This document shows, piece after piece, positions 11,738-22,618 of a DNA stretch of 50,816 bases. The notes below the pieces were generated by a model that did no database searches, was not told the DNA's origin, and saw only the letters and a program-made list of their open reading frames with translations. The stretch is from positions 1-50,816 of the forward strand of contig JAHBMJ010000308.1 in assembly GCA_018398765.1 (NCBI GenBank). Reading direction: 5' to 3'. A program made the position numbers and the translations under genes. The stretch comes from Chromera velia (taxonomy: Eukaryota). Each line of letters starts with the position of its first letter. Within the stretch, counting starts at the first letter, position 1.

Positions 11738-14700
11738 TCACTGATGGATGCACTGGACCCTCGTTCGGCTTTGGCGTTCCCTGCAAGCGCCCAGGAACGG
11801 ACAGACAGAAAGCGGGGAGAATAGAATACAGACGGGTATTTTTGAAACATTCACGAGACTGAAAGAATGCCTGGAGGAACGGGATTCAACAAGCTTGACG
11901 GCACATAACAGGGGAAGACAGGCAAAGACTCAGACGAAGTTGCGGTGGACAGCAAAAGAGGAACGCCACACGCTCTGCCTTGCCAAACAAACCATGCAAC
12001 CACTCATGCAACCAGAGAAGCCACCCGAGCCCACTGACCGACCGACCGACCGTCTCTGAGGCGACCCTTCTTGTCCCGCCGCTGGCTCCTCTCCTCCCGC
12101 CGCTGTAGGCTCCTGCAAACACATGCATGCGTGGATAGACAGACAGCTCCATGGACGTAAGCAGACCGACAAACCTTGAGAGACATCGACCGAGATCTCC
12201 AATTGCCTTGTCTTCTTTCCACGGCACAGCTAGGAGATCCTCGAAAAATTTGGCAGTCCAAAGGCAAATGAAGAGACAACTCAGAGAGAGAGGGAGAGAC
12301 AAAAAGGGAGGGAGAAACAAAGAGAAGAAAGAAGAGCGAGCGAAAAAGAGAGATGAAGCGACAAAGGTACGGGGAGCGCGAGAGCAAGGGACAGGCCGAG
12401 ACTGCATAAATAGAAAGAGAACCAAACAATTAAAGAAACATCCAGACTGACTGACTGACTGACCCCCTCGCTGTCTTCCCCATCCATTCCGAATTGGAGC
12501 AACTGCTGCCAGTCAACAAAGTGTCATGCAGGCAGTCACACATGCATAGGTACTACTCAGATAAACGATGGGCATTCTGATAATAAGAAAGTCTCAATTT
12601 GCATGCAATCATAGAAAGAAAGAAAAGAAAGAAAGAAAGAGCGAAAGAAAGAAGCGCTGCAGTCCCTCCAATGCTCGGTCGGTCAAGACGCTCACTCGCC
12701 CCATCGATTGATTCATTTCATTCACTTCTTACGAACACAATCAATTGAGTGGATACAACAAACACTAGACGAAGGACAACCACAGACACAAACAGAAAGA
12801 CCCAAACATCTGTTCCGTTGTTGCTTCCCATGCACAAAAGCCATCATCAAAATGAATGATACTTCGGACGACCACTTCCCTCCGTCCGTCACTCATCCCA
12901 CCAAAGGTCAAGATGCCCCCCCGACTTCTCTCCGGATTCGTCGTCGCCTTTACCCACGCACTCACTCCCTCCCTGATGCACTTACTTACTTACCCGCACA
13001 AAATTGTTCCTGGAGATAAATCTGAAGGGCCCCGTCGCCTCGTCGCGGTTCCTCTCCTTCACGGCCTCCACCTTCTCCGCACTCATCGACATCGCCTCCT
13101 CCCTCTGGGGACTCCACATCTGCTTGCTTGCGTGCATGGTTGCAGTCACAAAAGACATGCAGACAAGTGATATGTGTGTGTGTTGAGGTCATGTCATATG
13201 TACGTGTTGCACATATGGGATATTCACATCTGATTTCAGCCTCAGGCCACGGACACATCGTCAGTCAGGCAACACAAAGGCACCCCGCCCGAAACATGAA
13301 CTGCAGACTCGCTTCTTAATTCCCGTTCCCCTCTGCCCCCCGTGGCCTCCCTCCTGCGAACCTTCTGTGTCGTCTTTCGGGAACACAGAAAGAACAGAAA
13401 CCAACGGCCAGAGGCGGATAAACAAGTCGATCAACCAGAGAGAGAATCTCCGTGCCAGTTCAATTAATCGACACCCCACCCAAACAATTGACTGACCGAC
13501 CTTGACGTCGTTGTCGATCCCCGAGGTTGCCAGCACGGGGTCTCGAGGGTGCCCTGCAATGCAGTTCACAGTCGTCGAGTCCGCCCGTTCCCCTGAAAGA
13601 AAGTAAAAAAGAAAGAACAGACCGAAAAACAGGTCAGAAAAGGGTGAGGAGGTGGACAGGAAAAGCAGAATCGCAGATCATGCAGAACCTGCGTCGTTTC
13701 TGTTTCCTCGGAGTCCCTTGTCCTGGCCTTGACTGAAAACAGACATGTGGACCGAACATCAAGAATCACCTTTGGAACAAACAAATCAGAGGACTTCAAG
13801 AGCATGCAGAACCTACGAGAGTGAGCAGATGGCCCTGACGTAGCCCTCCTCTCGGGTGTGCTAAGCATTTTCTTCTTTGTCTTCTTCCCACAAGCAACCG
13901 ATCAACCAACCAACCAACCAACCAACGAACCGACCGAGAAAGACCAGACTGCCCGAGAAGGCGTCCCATATGAAGAGACTCCCGTCATCGCTTCCAGAGG
14001 CAACAAACTCGTGTTCCGGACCCTGCATGCATGTACGCACTTGATTGATTGATTGTTCAGAGTCTTTTTAGCAGTCCATAACATGATGTTCATACGTGAA
14101 GTCCATCTTTGACCAACTTGATGCACTTCGACGGAGGAAGCACGCGGATGCAGGCACAAGGAAAGAAAGGCAGCGCACCAATGTCAGTAGAAGTCTTCAA
14201 GTTCCGTCCCTTCTTTTTTCAGAGGATTTTATTGATATTTCTCTTGCCAGTCCGTCGGAAGAACCGTGTTGGCGATTTTCTCCGTCTTGATGAAGAAGCA
14301 GGGAGGAACACGAAACAAAGCACCGAATGAATATTCACGATACACTCCGAATACAAGACCCTCCCTCTCTGCCCTCTGATCGGAGAGAAAAAAAAAGAAA
14401 AACTGACTGACCACAAACTGAACGTCCTTCACAGTTCGGAAATTGGAGTGACCCGAAAATTTCTGATAGACAACGGACATGAACACAGAATCACACACAA
14501 GAGACATACACAAGTCGGAGACACACAAACGCTCCGCCTGCCATCGTTTGAACGTCTCTTTTAGTAAGGCGGGAAGAAAAGCCACAGCAAGGACAGATCG
14601 GGTCTGAAAGGGAGTCACGACGCAATATGCCATTCATCAATCGAATCCGGAGTCACAATTCCATTCAACTCCGTAGCGAGAACACATTCGTTCCATTACC

Positions 14701-17700
14701 GATTGATTCACTTGTGTTCGTCGCTGCAGAGTTGAGAAAAGGCCATTCACAGTCCTCCTTTCTGACCTTTCCGATGTTACATAATTGAACTCCTGACCTG
14801 GATGTGCGGTACCACGAGCGGAGTCTTCACAACGTACCGCTCCCTCCACCTTGCGTGTCGTCTCTCTCTGGCCAGCTCCCTTTCCTTCTCATCATCCCCC
14901 GATGAATCCTCCTCCTCGTCGGAGTCCCCCGAGTCCTCCTCTGATGAGTCCCCGTCTCCGTCCCCAGCCCCGATACCCCCAAACCGTCTCCCTCTCCCTC
15001 TCTGCCACCGTCTCTCTCGACGCCCTGCGAGACTCTCAATCCCTCCCTCGTACTCACTGTCGTCGTCTTCGCTGTCCACCGAGACTGCATGTAGATGCAC
15101 ACGGTCAGCCACAGAATTTATTTTATTTTTTTTCTGAAAAAGAAAGCAAATGTGTCCACCGAGACTGTATATAGATACACACGGCCAAGGAATTTAAAAC
15201 TCTCCAGGACTGCTGTATTCTTGGTATGTGTGTGGGCCCTCACATCACTTTGCTTATTGTACAGACGGACTGATCGGTTGCAGGCACTTTCTTCGCGCAG
15301 GCTGACAAACACGGACTCACAAGCAGACAAAAAGCGACGGAGGGGGGAAAGAAGAAATGAAGGCATAGAGGAGGACGGAAAGAGAGACAGACTGTCCTTG
15401 ACGGATGACATGACAGAGCAGGGATTCCACCATGAAGGAAGGCACTCACTCAGCAGGGAGAGGGCCAACATGCATCCCTCTCCTTTCGTCTGCTCTTCCT
15501 ACAGGATCATCATTCTTTCCTCACCTTGAGAAGAAGCCAGTGTAGAGCGGATGAGCGGAGGCAGTCCCAGCAACCCTTCGTCCCCGTCCCCCCCCTCCCC
15601 CCTTCCCCCCCCGCTGGGCCTTCCACCGTCTGTCCCTTCTGCCACCGCAGGAGACTCAGCGATGTCCATAGACGAACTTTCATCTTCCCTCCCCCCACCC
15701 CGACCCTCACTATCATCATCTCTTTCTCTTTCCTCTTCTTCTTCCTCCTCGTCTTCCTCTTCATCCTCATACTCGTCTCCCAAACCATCACTCCCGTCTC
15801 CGTCTCCTAATGACCTCAACGCAGAAGCAACCAACAACGCCGGCCCACGTCTCCGTCCCCGTGCTCCCCTCTCGACCATACGAAGAACCTCCAACGGCAA
15901 CTCCTTCGATGCCTGCCCCCCTTTCCCTTCTTCCTCCCCTTCCTGCACATGCCCCCCAACCCCGACCGCGTGCCACTCCACTGGCCCGTACGGCCCCGGG
16001 TCCAGCTGCTGAGCCGAACTGCTTGAGGAGCTGCTAGAATTCTCTGCCGCCGTCGGAGTCTCTTCTCGAGCCTCCGTAGAGTCACAAACCTCCTCAGCAA
16101 CAGCAGAAGAGGAGGCAGCAGCGGCAGAAGAGGAAGAGGAAGAAGATGAGGAAGAGGAAGACGTTATGTGGACTTCGGGAATTGTATGGCTAGTTTGTTC
16201 TCCTTTTTGAACTTTGGAAAGCTCCTCCTTTTCCTCCTTCCCCTTTTCATTTTCTGCAATCGTCTTCTGTTTTTTCTTCTTCTTTTTCCCGCCTCCTCCT
16301 TTCTGCTTCTTTTCTGTCGACACCTTGCCGTTCTCCACCATTTCCTCATCTCCTCCTCCTCCCTCTAATCTCAACTCCTTCGAACCTCTCGGGCTCTCTC
16401 TGGCAGAGGCCGCACGCGAATTTTCACACGAGGAGGACGCAGATGGGTGTACCTGTCTCTTCCGACTCTCCCTTTCTCCCTCTGTTCCTTTAATGTCACA
16501 GCTGGGGTAGGGAAAGAGAGAGGGAGAAGAGGGAGACGGATCCGGGTGATCAATTTTCTCTGCTGGCGCCTTTCCATTTGCGTCCCTGAGGCGGCTTCTC
16601 TTTCTGTCCAGCGCAGCAGCCAGAAGAGCAGCGGCAGCAGCTCCCTTCCGCACTCTCTCCTCGTCCTTCCGACGACGTCTCTCCGCCTTCTTCCGTCTCT
16701 CCATCTTCAGCGTGCGTCGCCTCTTTCTGTGCTCAGCAAGACCCTGTAGACGCACACACAGGCAAACAGTTACAGCAATGCTTTCAAGGACTTGCTCCTT
16801 TCGTTATGCTGACAGAAAATAACTCCGCGATTTTCAAATGCCTCCGCACAACGATTGCGGGCAGGCGTGACGAACCGCGAATGAAAAAATGCCAGTCTCT
16901 CTCAATGAATCAAAGTATCAAATCGTCATGCGCACAGAAAAAAAAGATCATTCATCGTCACATCGATTCATCCTCGTGCAGGAACTCATTCACTCATTCA
17001 CTCACTCACTCACTGACCGTGTTGATGTCGAAGTGCCAGATCTCATTCTCGCTCCACGTCCCGACCACCCGCCTCCCGCAGAAGGACATGCAGACTCCCG
17101 TCATGCGCCTCACCGGCTTCTCAGGGTCTGCAGATAGAGACAGAGGACGCATTGATTTTTTTACAGTGATTTTCATACTCTACATTACAAAAGAATTCTG
17201 TGTGAAAATCAATGCATGACATGCAGACTCCCGTCATGCGCCTCACGGGCTTCTCAGGGTCTGCAGATAGATACGGAGGAAAAGAAAGGGGGAATTAAAG
17301 AGAATTTGCCAATCGGACTTACCAAATCAAATCACAGTCTGTCAACCGTTTGACGTGCGTGTGTCTGTTTGTATGTGTTGAAAAGAGAACGAGAGAGATG
17401 TGGAGAGGGGAGAAGCAATGAGGAGGCATGCAGCACCACCACCGAATCGCTCCCCCACCCCCTCCATGCAAAGCCCTCCCAACATCCTATCAATTCATCC
17501 ATTGATGAGATGAGACAGATCACCCGACTGACCTTTAGGTCGGAACTGCGCGATCGGATCAGGGGGGTTGGCCTTGATCTCGCTGGTGGACTGCAACGAC
17601 AGCTTTCGCCTGCACACGAACGGTACGAAGAAAATCGTAAAGCAAGAAAGCAATCCGGGGGTAAAAGGGGAGGGATGTGCGGACATCATGACAGACAAAC

Positions 17701-18326
17701 TGTCCACACACAGACATAGAGAGGGGGAGATCAGAGGGAAAAATGACCATTGGCAGTCGACTTGGTGATCGTGGTGAGACCATCCATGAAACAGACACCC
17801 CTGCAGCTAGGGGTCGTCAATGTAAAGGCCTCTAGAGAGAGCGAATTAAAGAGAAAAACAGACAGAAGCTGCTTCCTGTCTGACTGACTTATCGAACAGC
17901 CAGATGCTCGGGATGTCTCCTGCGATTGCGAACAGGTGAGGCTGGAGAGCCGCGTTGGAGATCGAAGAGATGGACACACCGCCTGACCACCCTCCTCCCT
18001 CTGCATGGTCAGAGAGACAGGCAAAGAAAAAAAAGAAGAAAAGAAAAAATAAGGTTGGAAGAGGACAGGGACCAAACGTGAACAAGAGAAGAGGGGGGGG
18101 GGGCACGGAAAACAGAGCTGGACAGAAAGAAACGTTTGGAGAAGCAGGAAGAATAAGAAGAGAGAAGAACGGGTCGCTCAAAGCAGGAGCTCCGACAAAC
18201 AAAGCACGACAGAAGACAAATCCAATTTTGTAGAAGTATTTGATCAATCAATAAGTCAGCAGAGAGAGTAAACCGACTCACGATGCATGAACGCGAGGTT
18301 GTTTGACACATTGCTCCGTCCATACG

Positions 18327-18407
<81 letters not shown>

Positions 18408-21400
18408 GAGATGATTGCAGTAAGAAGAGGAAGACGACATGGCGAGATGGGTGCAGAAACCTCGCCAATACAGGAAGGAACATCACCGAGAAGCATGGCA
18501 ATGGAGGCACGAACGAACACAGAGAGACATGCACTCACTTTGTGTGTGGGGGTGTGCACGTACAGACAGAGCAGAAAACAAGACAGACCGGAATGCGAGA
18601 AGAAAGCGTCAATTTCCGCGAATGCCCCTGTTTTCCCTCCAAACAGCTCCGCTTGTGTCCTTGGCTCAGATCTTTTTAAACCATCTCTTCTCTTCGGTCA
18701 CAAGCTCCATCTGCATTCCGTTTTTCTTCTTTTCTTCGACTCACTCACTCGAGGAAAGCTCTCTGAGATCGAAGAGCTTCACAGCACTGTCCTCTGCACA
18801 CGCCTTTTTTATTTCTGTTTGAAAAAGAATTCTGTATGAAAATAAATGCATCGACTCACTCACTCGAGGAAGGCTCTCTGAGATCGAAGAGCTTCACAGT
18901 AGAGTCCTCTGCACACGCCTTTTTTATTTCTGTTTGAAAAAGAATCTGTATGAAAATAAATGCATCGACTCACTCACTCGAGGAAGGCTCTCTGAGATCG
19001 AAGAGCTTCACAGTAGAGTCCTCTGCACACGCCACGAAGCAGTTCGGGTCTCCCGGCTCGACCATCAACTTCTTCACACGGTCCTGCTTGGAAGGGGATG
19101 CATTTACTTTCATACAGAATATGTATGTAAATAAATATGTATATTTTATTCTGTATGAAAGTAAATGCATGGCCCGACGATCAACTTCTTCACACGGACC
19201 TGCTTGGAAGGGGATGCATTTACTTTCATACAGAATATGTATGTAAATAAATATGTATATTTTATTCTGTATGAAAGTAAATGCATGGCCCGACGATCAA
19301 CTGCTTCACGCGGTCCTGCTTGGAGGGAAGGGGGGGGGCGGTGGATGAGCGCTGCAGTCATCCATTGAGGCATCGAACGCAGGAAGGCGAGTCAGCATCG
19401 GCAGAAACCAGGCAACCGGCTGGGCAGACAAGTTTCTTCCTGAGCCAAGTAAAACATCTGCTCTTGTGATCGACAAGTTTCCAGAGCATCATGACGCTCT
19501 CATTATCAAACATGCTGAAAAGGAACCACCGCTCCAAGACAATTCACTGACTGACTCATTGACTGACTGACTGACCTGATTGGACGCATACGACCTCATC
19601 AGATTCTTTGCCTCCAGGTCCATCACCCGCACCGTCCCGTCTCCCGCACACGTCGCCACCAGCTGCAAACAAGGGTTCGCCGACACCCATCGAAGTTCAT
19701 TAAACAAAAAAACAGACGCAGAAAGAAAGACATCGCACATAGAAGGAAGAAAAAGGAAAGAGCGCTTCAATACATGCTTCTGAGAGCAGTCAGGACACAA
19801 AAGGACACTGGGAGGAGAAACGACTTAAACGATCAGAAAAGAGAAAAGCGAAAGGAAAGGAAGGAGAAGAAAAGGAATGTTGGGGCGGGAAGCGAGGGGA
19901 AGGAACTGACTTCATTCCTTCGAGGCATGAACTTTGCGCAGAAGATGTTGGCTGCAGTGAAGGCAATTCAGGGGAGGCAAAATAAAACACGAATCAGATT
20001 CAGCGAACATCAACGGGGGGGGGAAATTTGTTGCACTTTCTTCTGAAGGTAAAACAGGGTGATGTCAAATCAACCAATGAATGGAAGAAAAATGAATCAA
20101 TCAATCAATCACACATTCCATCAACGAACACAGGAGGATCGAGAGACTGATTGACACACCCATGCACGCCCACCTTCATGGAACGTGTTGATGTACCCCT
20201 TACACTCCATAGAAGGATAGTTCCACACGGCGATGTGCTGGTCGTCCGATCCTGACACCAACAGAGACCCCGATTCGTTCCAGTTGATCGTGTTCACACA
20301 ACCTGGCGTACGCATACACGCAAATAGGTGCACACACATACAGAGACACATATCGATACACACACACACATGCAGACCAGTTTCTGGGCGTCCCGCCTTC
20401 GGGTAGCGGATGGACTCCGAGAAGAAGGGAGCGAGGGAGGGAGGGAGTACGCAGAATGGATGGAGGGGAAAACTGATGGATGGAGAGGAAAACTAATGGA
20501 TCGACCGATCTATCAAGGGAGGGAATCGAAGAGCGAGCCAGAAGGACAAGCAGGGAGGGAAGTCATCAAGGCATTTAGATGCATGGTGGGCAGCTGACAA
20601 CACCGACCGACCTGCGTGTTTCTTCAGAGCCGAAGTCATGGTCATTCTGCAAATGCACCGGAAGGGAAAGCAGTGAGTCAACGGAACGAGCCGAAAGGGA
20701 TTACCTTTTTCCGTTCTCCCTTCTCTGTTTCCTTCCTTTTCCATCCGTTCGTTACTGAATTACTCGGTTGTTCATTGATTCACGTGAAGAGCGGGAGCGG
20801 CCTAGCGCGACTCGGTACAAAGCTTTGCCCTGCAAACTCTTTCTTTTCTTCTCTCGGGGCTTCTCGCGATGCGCTCCCATCACCTCCCCTCATTCAGATC
20901 AGCTTGTTGCTCTGACAGAAGGGTCCCATTCTCACTCACAATACTGCCGAAAACTGATCATTGGATGTCTCTCACCCCTCTCCCTTTCTCTCGAGCAACA
21001 GAGATAGCGAACCTCCCTCGCTCCCCTGTTACTACCGTCACTACAGACTTGCACGCCAGCATGCAGGCAACACGAGAAAAGTGGGACGAGGAGCACAGAG
21101 AGTAAAGATACCATCAGCAATGCCGACACAGAGTAAAGACGCATGAGACGCAATGCACGTTACCCACCGGGCGAATGTTGTTTTGCTGCCGTAGTACTTC
21201 TTCTCGAACTGCGACGCTCTGGGGAAGCGCCCGCTTCTCCTCTCCAGTAACAGTCGCGTAGGCCCTGCCCATTGTCGCTGTCTAGACGCAAGAAAAGGGT
21301 CCTCACTCCCTATGCTCAACGTCAAGCTCAGGTTGTGGTCAGGCAGTCTCCCTCTCCCTCTACCCCCACCTGCTGCCGTTGCTGTCGCTGGAAGATCAGG

Positions 21401-21412
21401 CACAGAGAGCAT
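11738..21412 (-). CDS. WD40-repeat DDB1/CUL4-associated factor, DCAF8/WDTC1/DCAF6 family, 19 exons, ~997 aa, C-terminal CaaX (CIHQ)
   Basis: Exons 21412-21168, 20646-20612, 20302-20174, 19951-19911, 19662-19576, 19083-18978, 18326-18282, 18000-17889, 17609-17533, 17127-17018, 16743-15525, 15084-14798, 14462-14412, 14022-13935, 13592-13501, 13119-12994, 12502-12464, 12112-12051, 11780-11738 are all phase-compatible (2994 nt). Family motifs: HAGCVNTINWNESGSLLVSGSDD, NIFCAKFMP, DRVKKL, EDSTVKLFDLRE, FSGHSNFRTVKDVQF, VASGSDDGSLFIWD, VNCIAGHP..PVLATSGIDNDVKMWSP. Confidence 0.92.
15073..15187. repeat. 35-bp direct duplication (splice acceptor + exon start) around a 45-bp AT-rich filler
   Basis: 15073-15107 vs 15153-15187, 4 mismatches. 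Confidence 0.9.
17085..17280. repeat. 63-bp direct duplication (splice acceptor + exon start) around a 70-bp filler with terminal inverted repeats
   Basis: 17085-17147 vs 17218-17280, 3 mismatches. Filler ends GCATTGATTTT...AAAATCAATGC. Confidence 0.92.
18736..19033. repeat. Triplicated 69-bp exon end + splice donor separated by 45-46 bp AT-rich fillers
   Basis: Copies 18736-18804, 18851-18919, 18965-19033. Confidence 0.95.
19055..19329. repeat. Triplicated 43-bp acceptor + exon start separated by two identical 73-bp hairpin fillers (24-bp perfect inverted repeat)
   Basis: Copies 19055-19097, 19171-19213, 19287-19329. Fillers 19098-19170 and 19214-19286: ATGCATTTACTTTCATACAGAATA-25nt-TATTCTGTATGAAAGTAAATGCAT. 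Confidence 0.95.
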
Positions 21413-22618
21413 CTCGCACACGCCTAGACTGTATTCTGTTGTTCTTGCTGATCAGTGACGTTCACTGTGCTCGTTCGATAATGTCCCTTCCCCCAATGAA
21501 AATGGTTCTGCTTTCTCTTTGACGCAAAAAGATGGTCCCGAATAAACACCAGTACAAACCAGGTAGACAGCGCTGGCTCGAAGAAGAAGAAGCAGAAGAT
21601 GCTCTTCCTTCTTCAAACACTGGAGATTGATTGTCTCGTGTGCAGGTAGAAGCGGGCTGACACAGGCCCTAGAGAAAGGACAAAAGGCAAGGAACGGTTG
21701 TGGAGCAGCTGAATCACTTAGGCTTGCTTGAAGGTAAGGAAGCTCAGTCTGAACAACAGTTAAGCAATGGACGTGGAGTCCATCAAGCTCGCAGAGTTCA
21801 CTGAGGACCAGTCTCCGACCAACGCACGCCCTTCAAGAAAGTTGGCTTCAAAGACGCAAGTACTTCTTTCTGCTGTGGTGGCGATGTACCATGGATCGAA
21901 GATAATCGAAGACCTGGATCGACTTGAGCACGTTGGTTGACCAAAAGGCTCGGTTGCATGGACTGCGCGCGGACCCGAAAGGCAGAAATGCGCGTCGATG
22001 AGGAAATTTGAGAAGTTTCCATGAATTATTATAAGTTTCCTCACGCAATCAAGATCACTAGCTTCGATGCCAGTGCACGAATTTAATCCCCGTTGCCGTC
22101 TCAACTTTCCTCAGCCCGCGTGCGTCAGATGTGCGTCAGTGCCAGATACATGCATGACAATTAAGGGCGTCTCGTAACCAACGGCGCTGATCTTGAATTC
22201 GAAAAAGGAGGTTTTTGCCAAGACATTCCACCAGCAGAAACTTATGGCCCGAGCACCGGCTGCAGAAGAAGTGGTGAAGTGATAGAGGAAGGCAGTCTTC
22301 GCATTTCCGGGAGCCAGGAGAGGAAACGGCGAAACGGGTTAGGCGTTCTGAGTCCCCACCTCCTTTTGAATCCTTGTTGCCGCGTCAACCCAAAAAGTAT
22401 TAATACTTGTACATAGGTTGACCATGAAAGATTGCTGGAGTGTACAGAAGGTGTAGTAGTCATCGAATGGGCTCGACTGACTAGCAGATAGCCAGTGATT
22501 GGCTGGAAGGCGAAAGGAAGGAAGGAAGGAAGGCGTTTGACCTTCGTCTCTGTTCTTCGTCCTCAGTCTGCCCTGCTTGCTGGGTGACTTTTGTGGTGTT
22601 TCTGTCTGAGTGGTCAGG
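21413..22618. promoter_or_regulatory. Putative bidirectional promoter / 5' UTRs (DCAF8-like and large unknown gene)
   Basis: 1206 bp between divergent start codons; positional inference only. Confidence 0.45.

Noticed and set aside
18736..19329. CRISPR-like repeat/spacer pattern from palindromic 73-bp repeats
   Set aside because: The intervening segments are copies of the same host exon junction, not diverse spacers.
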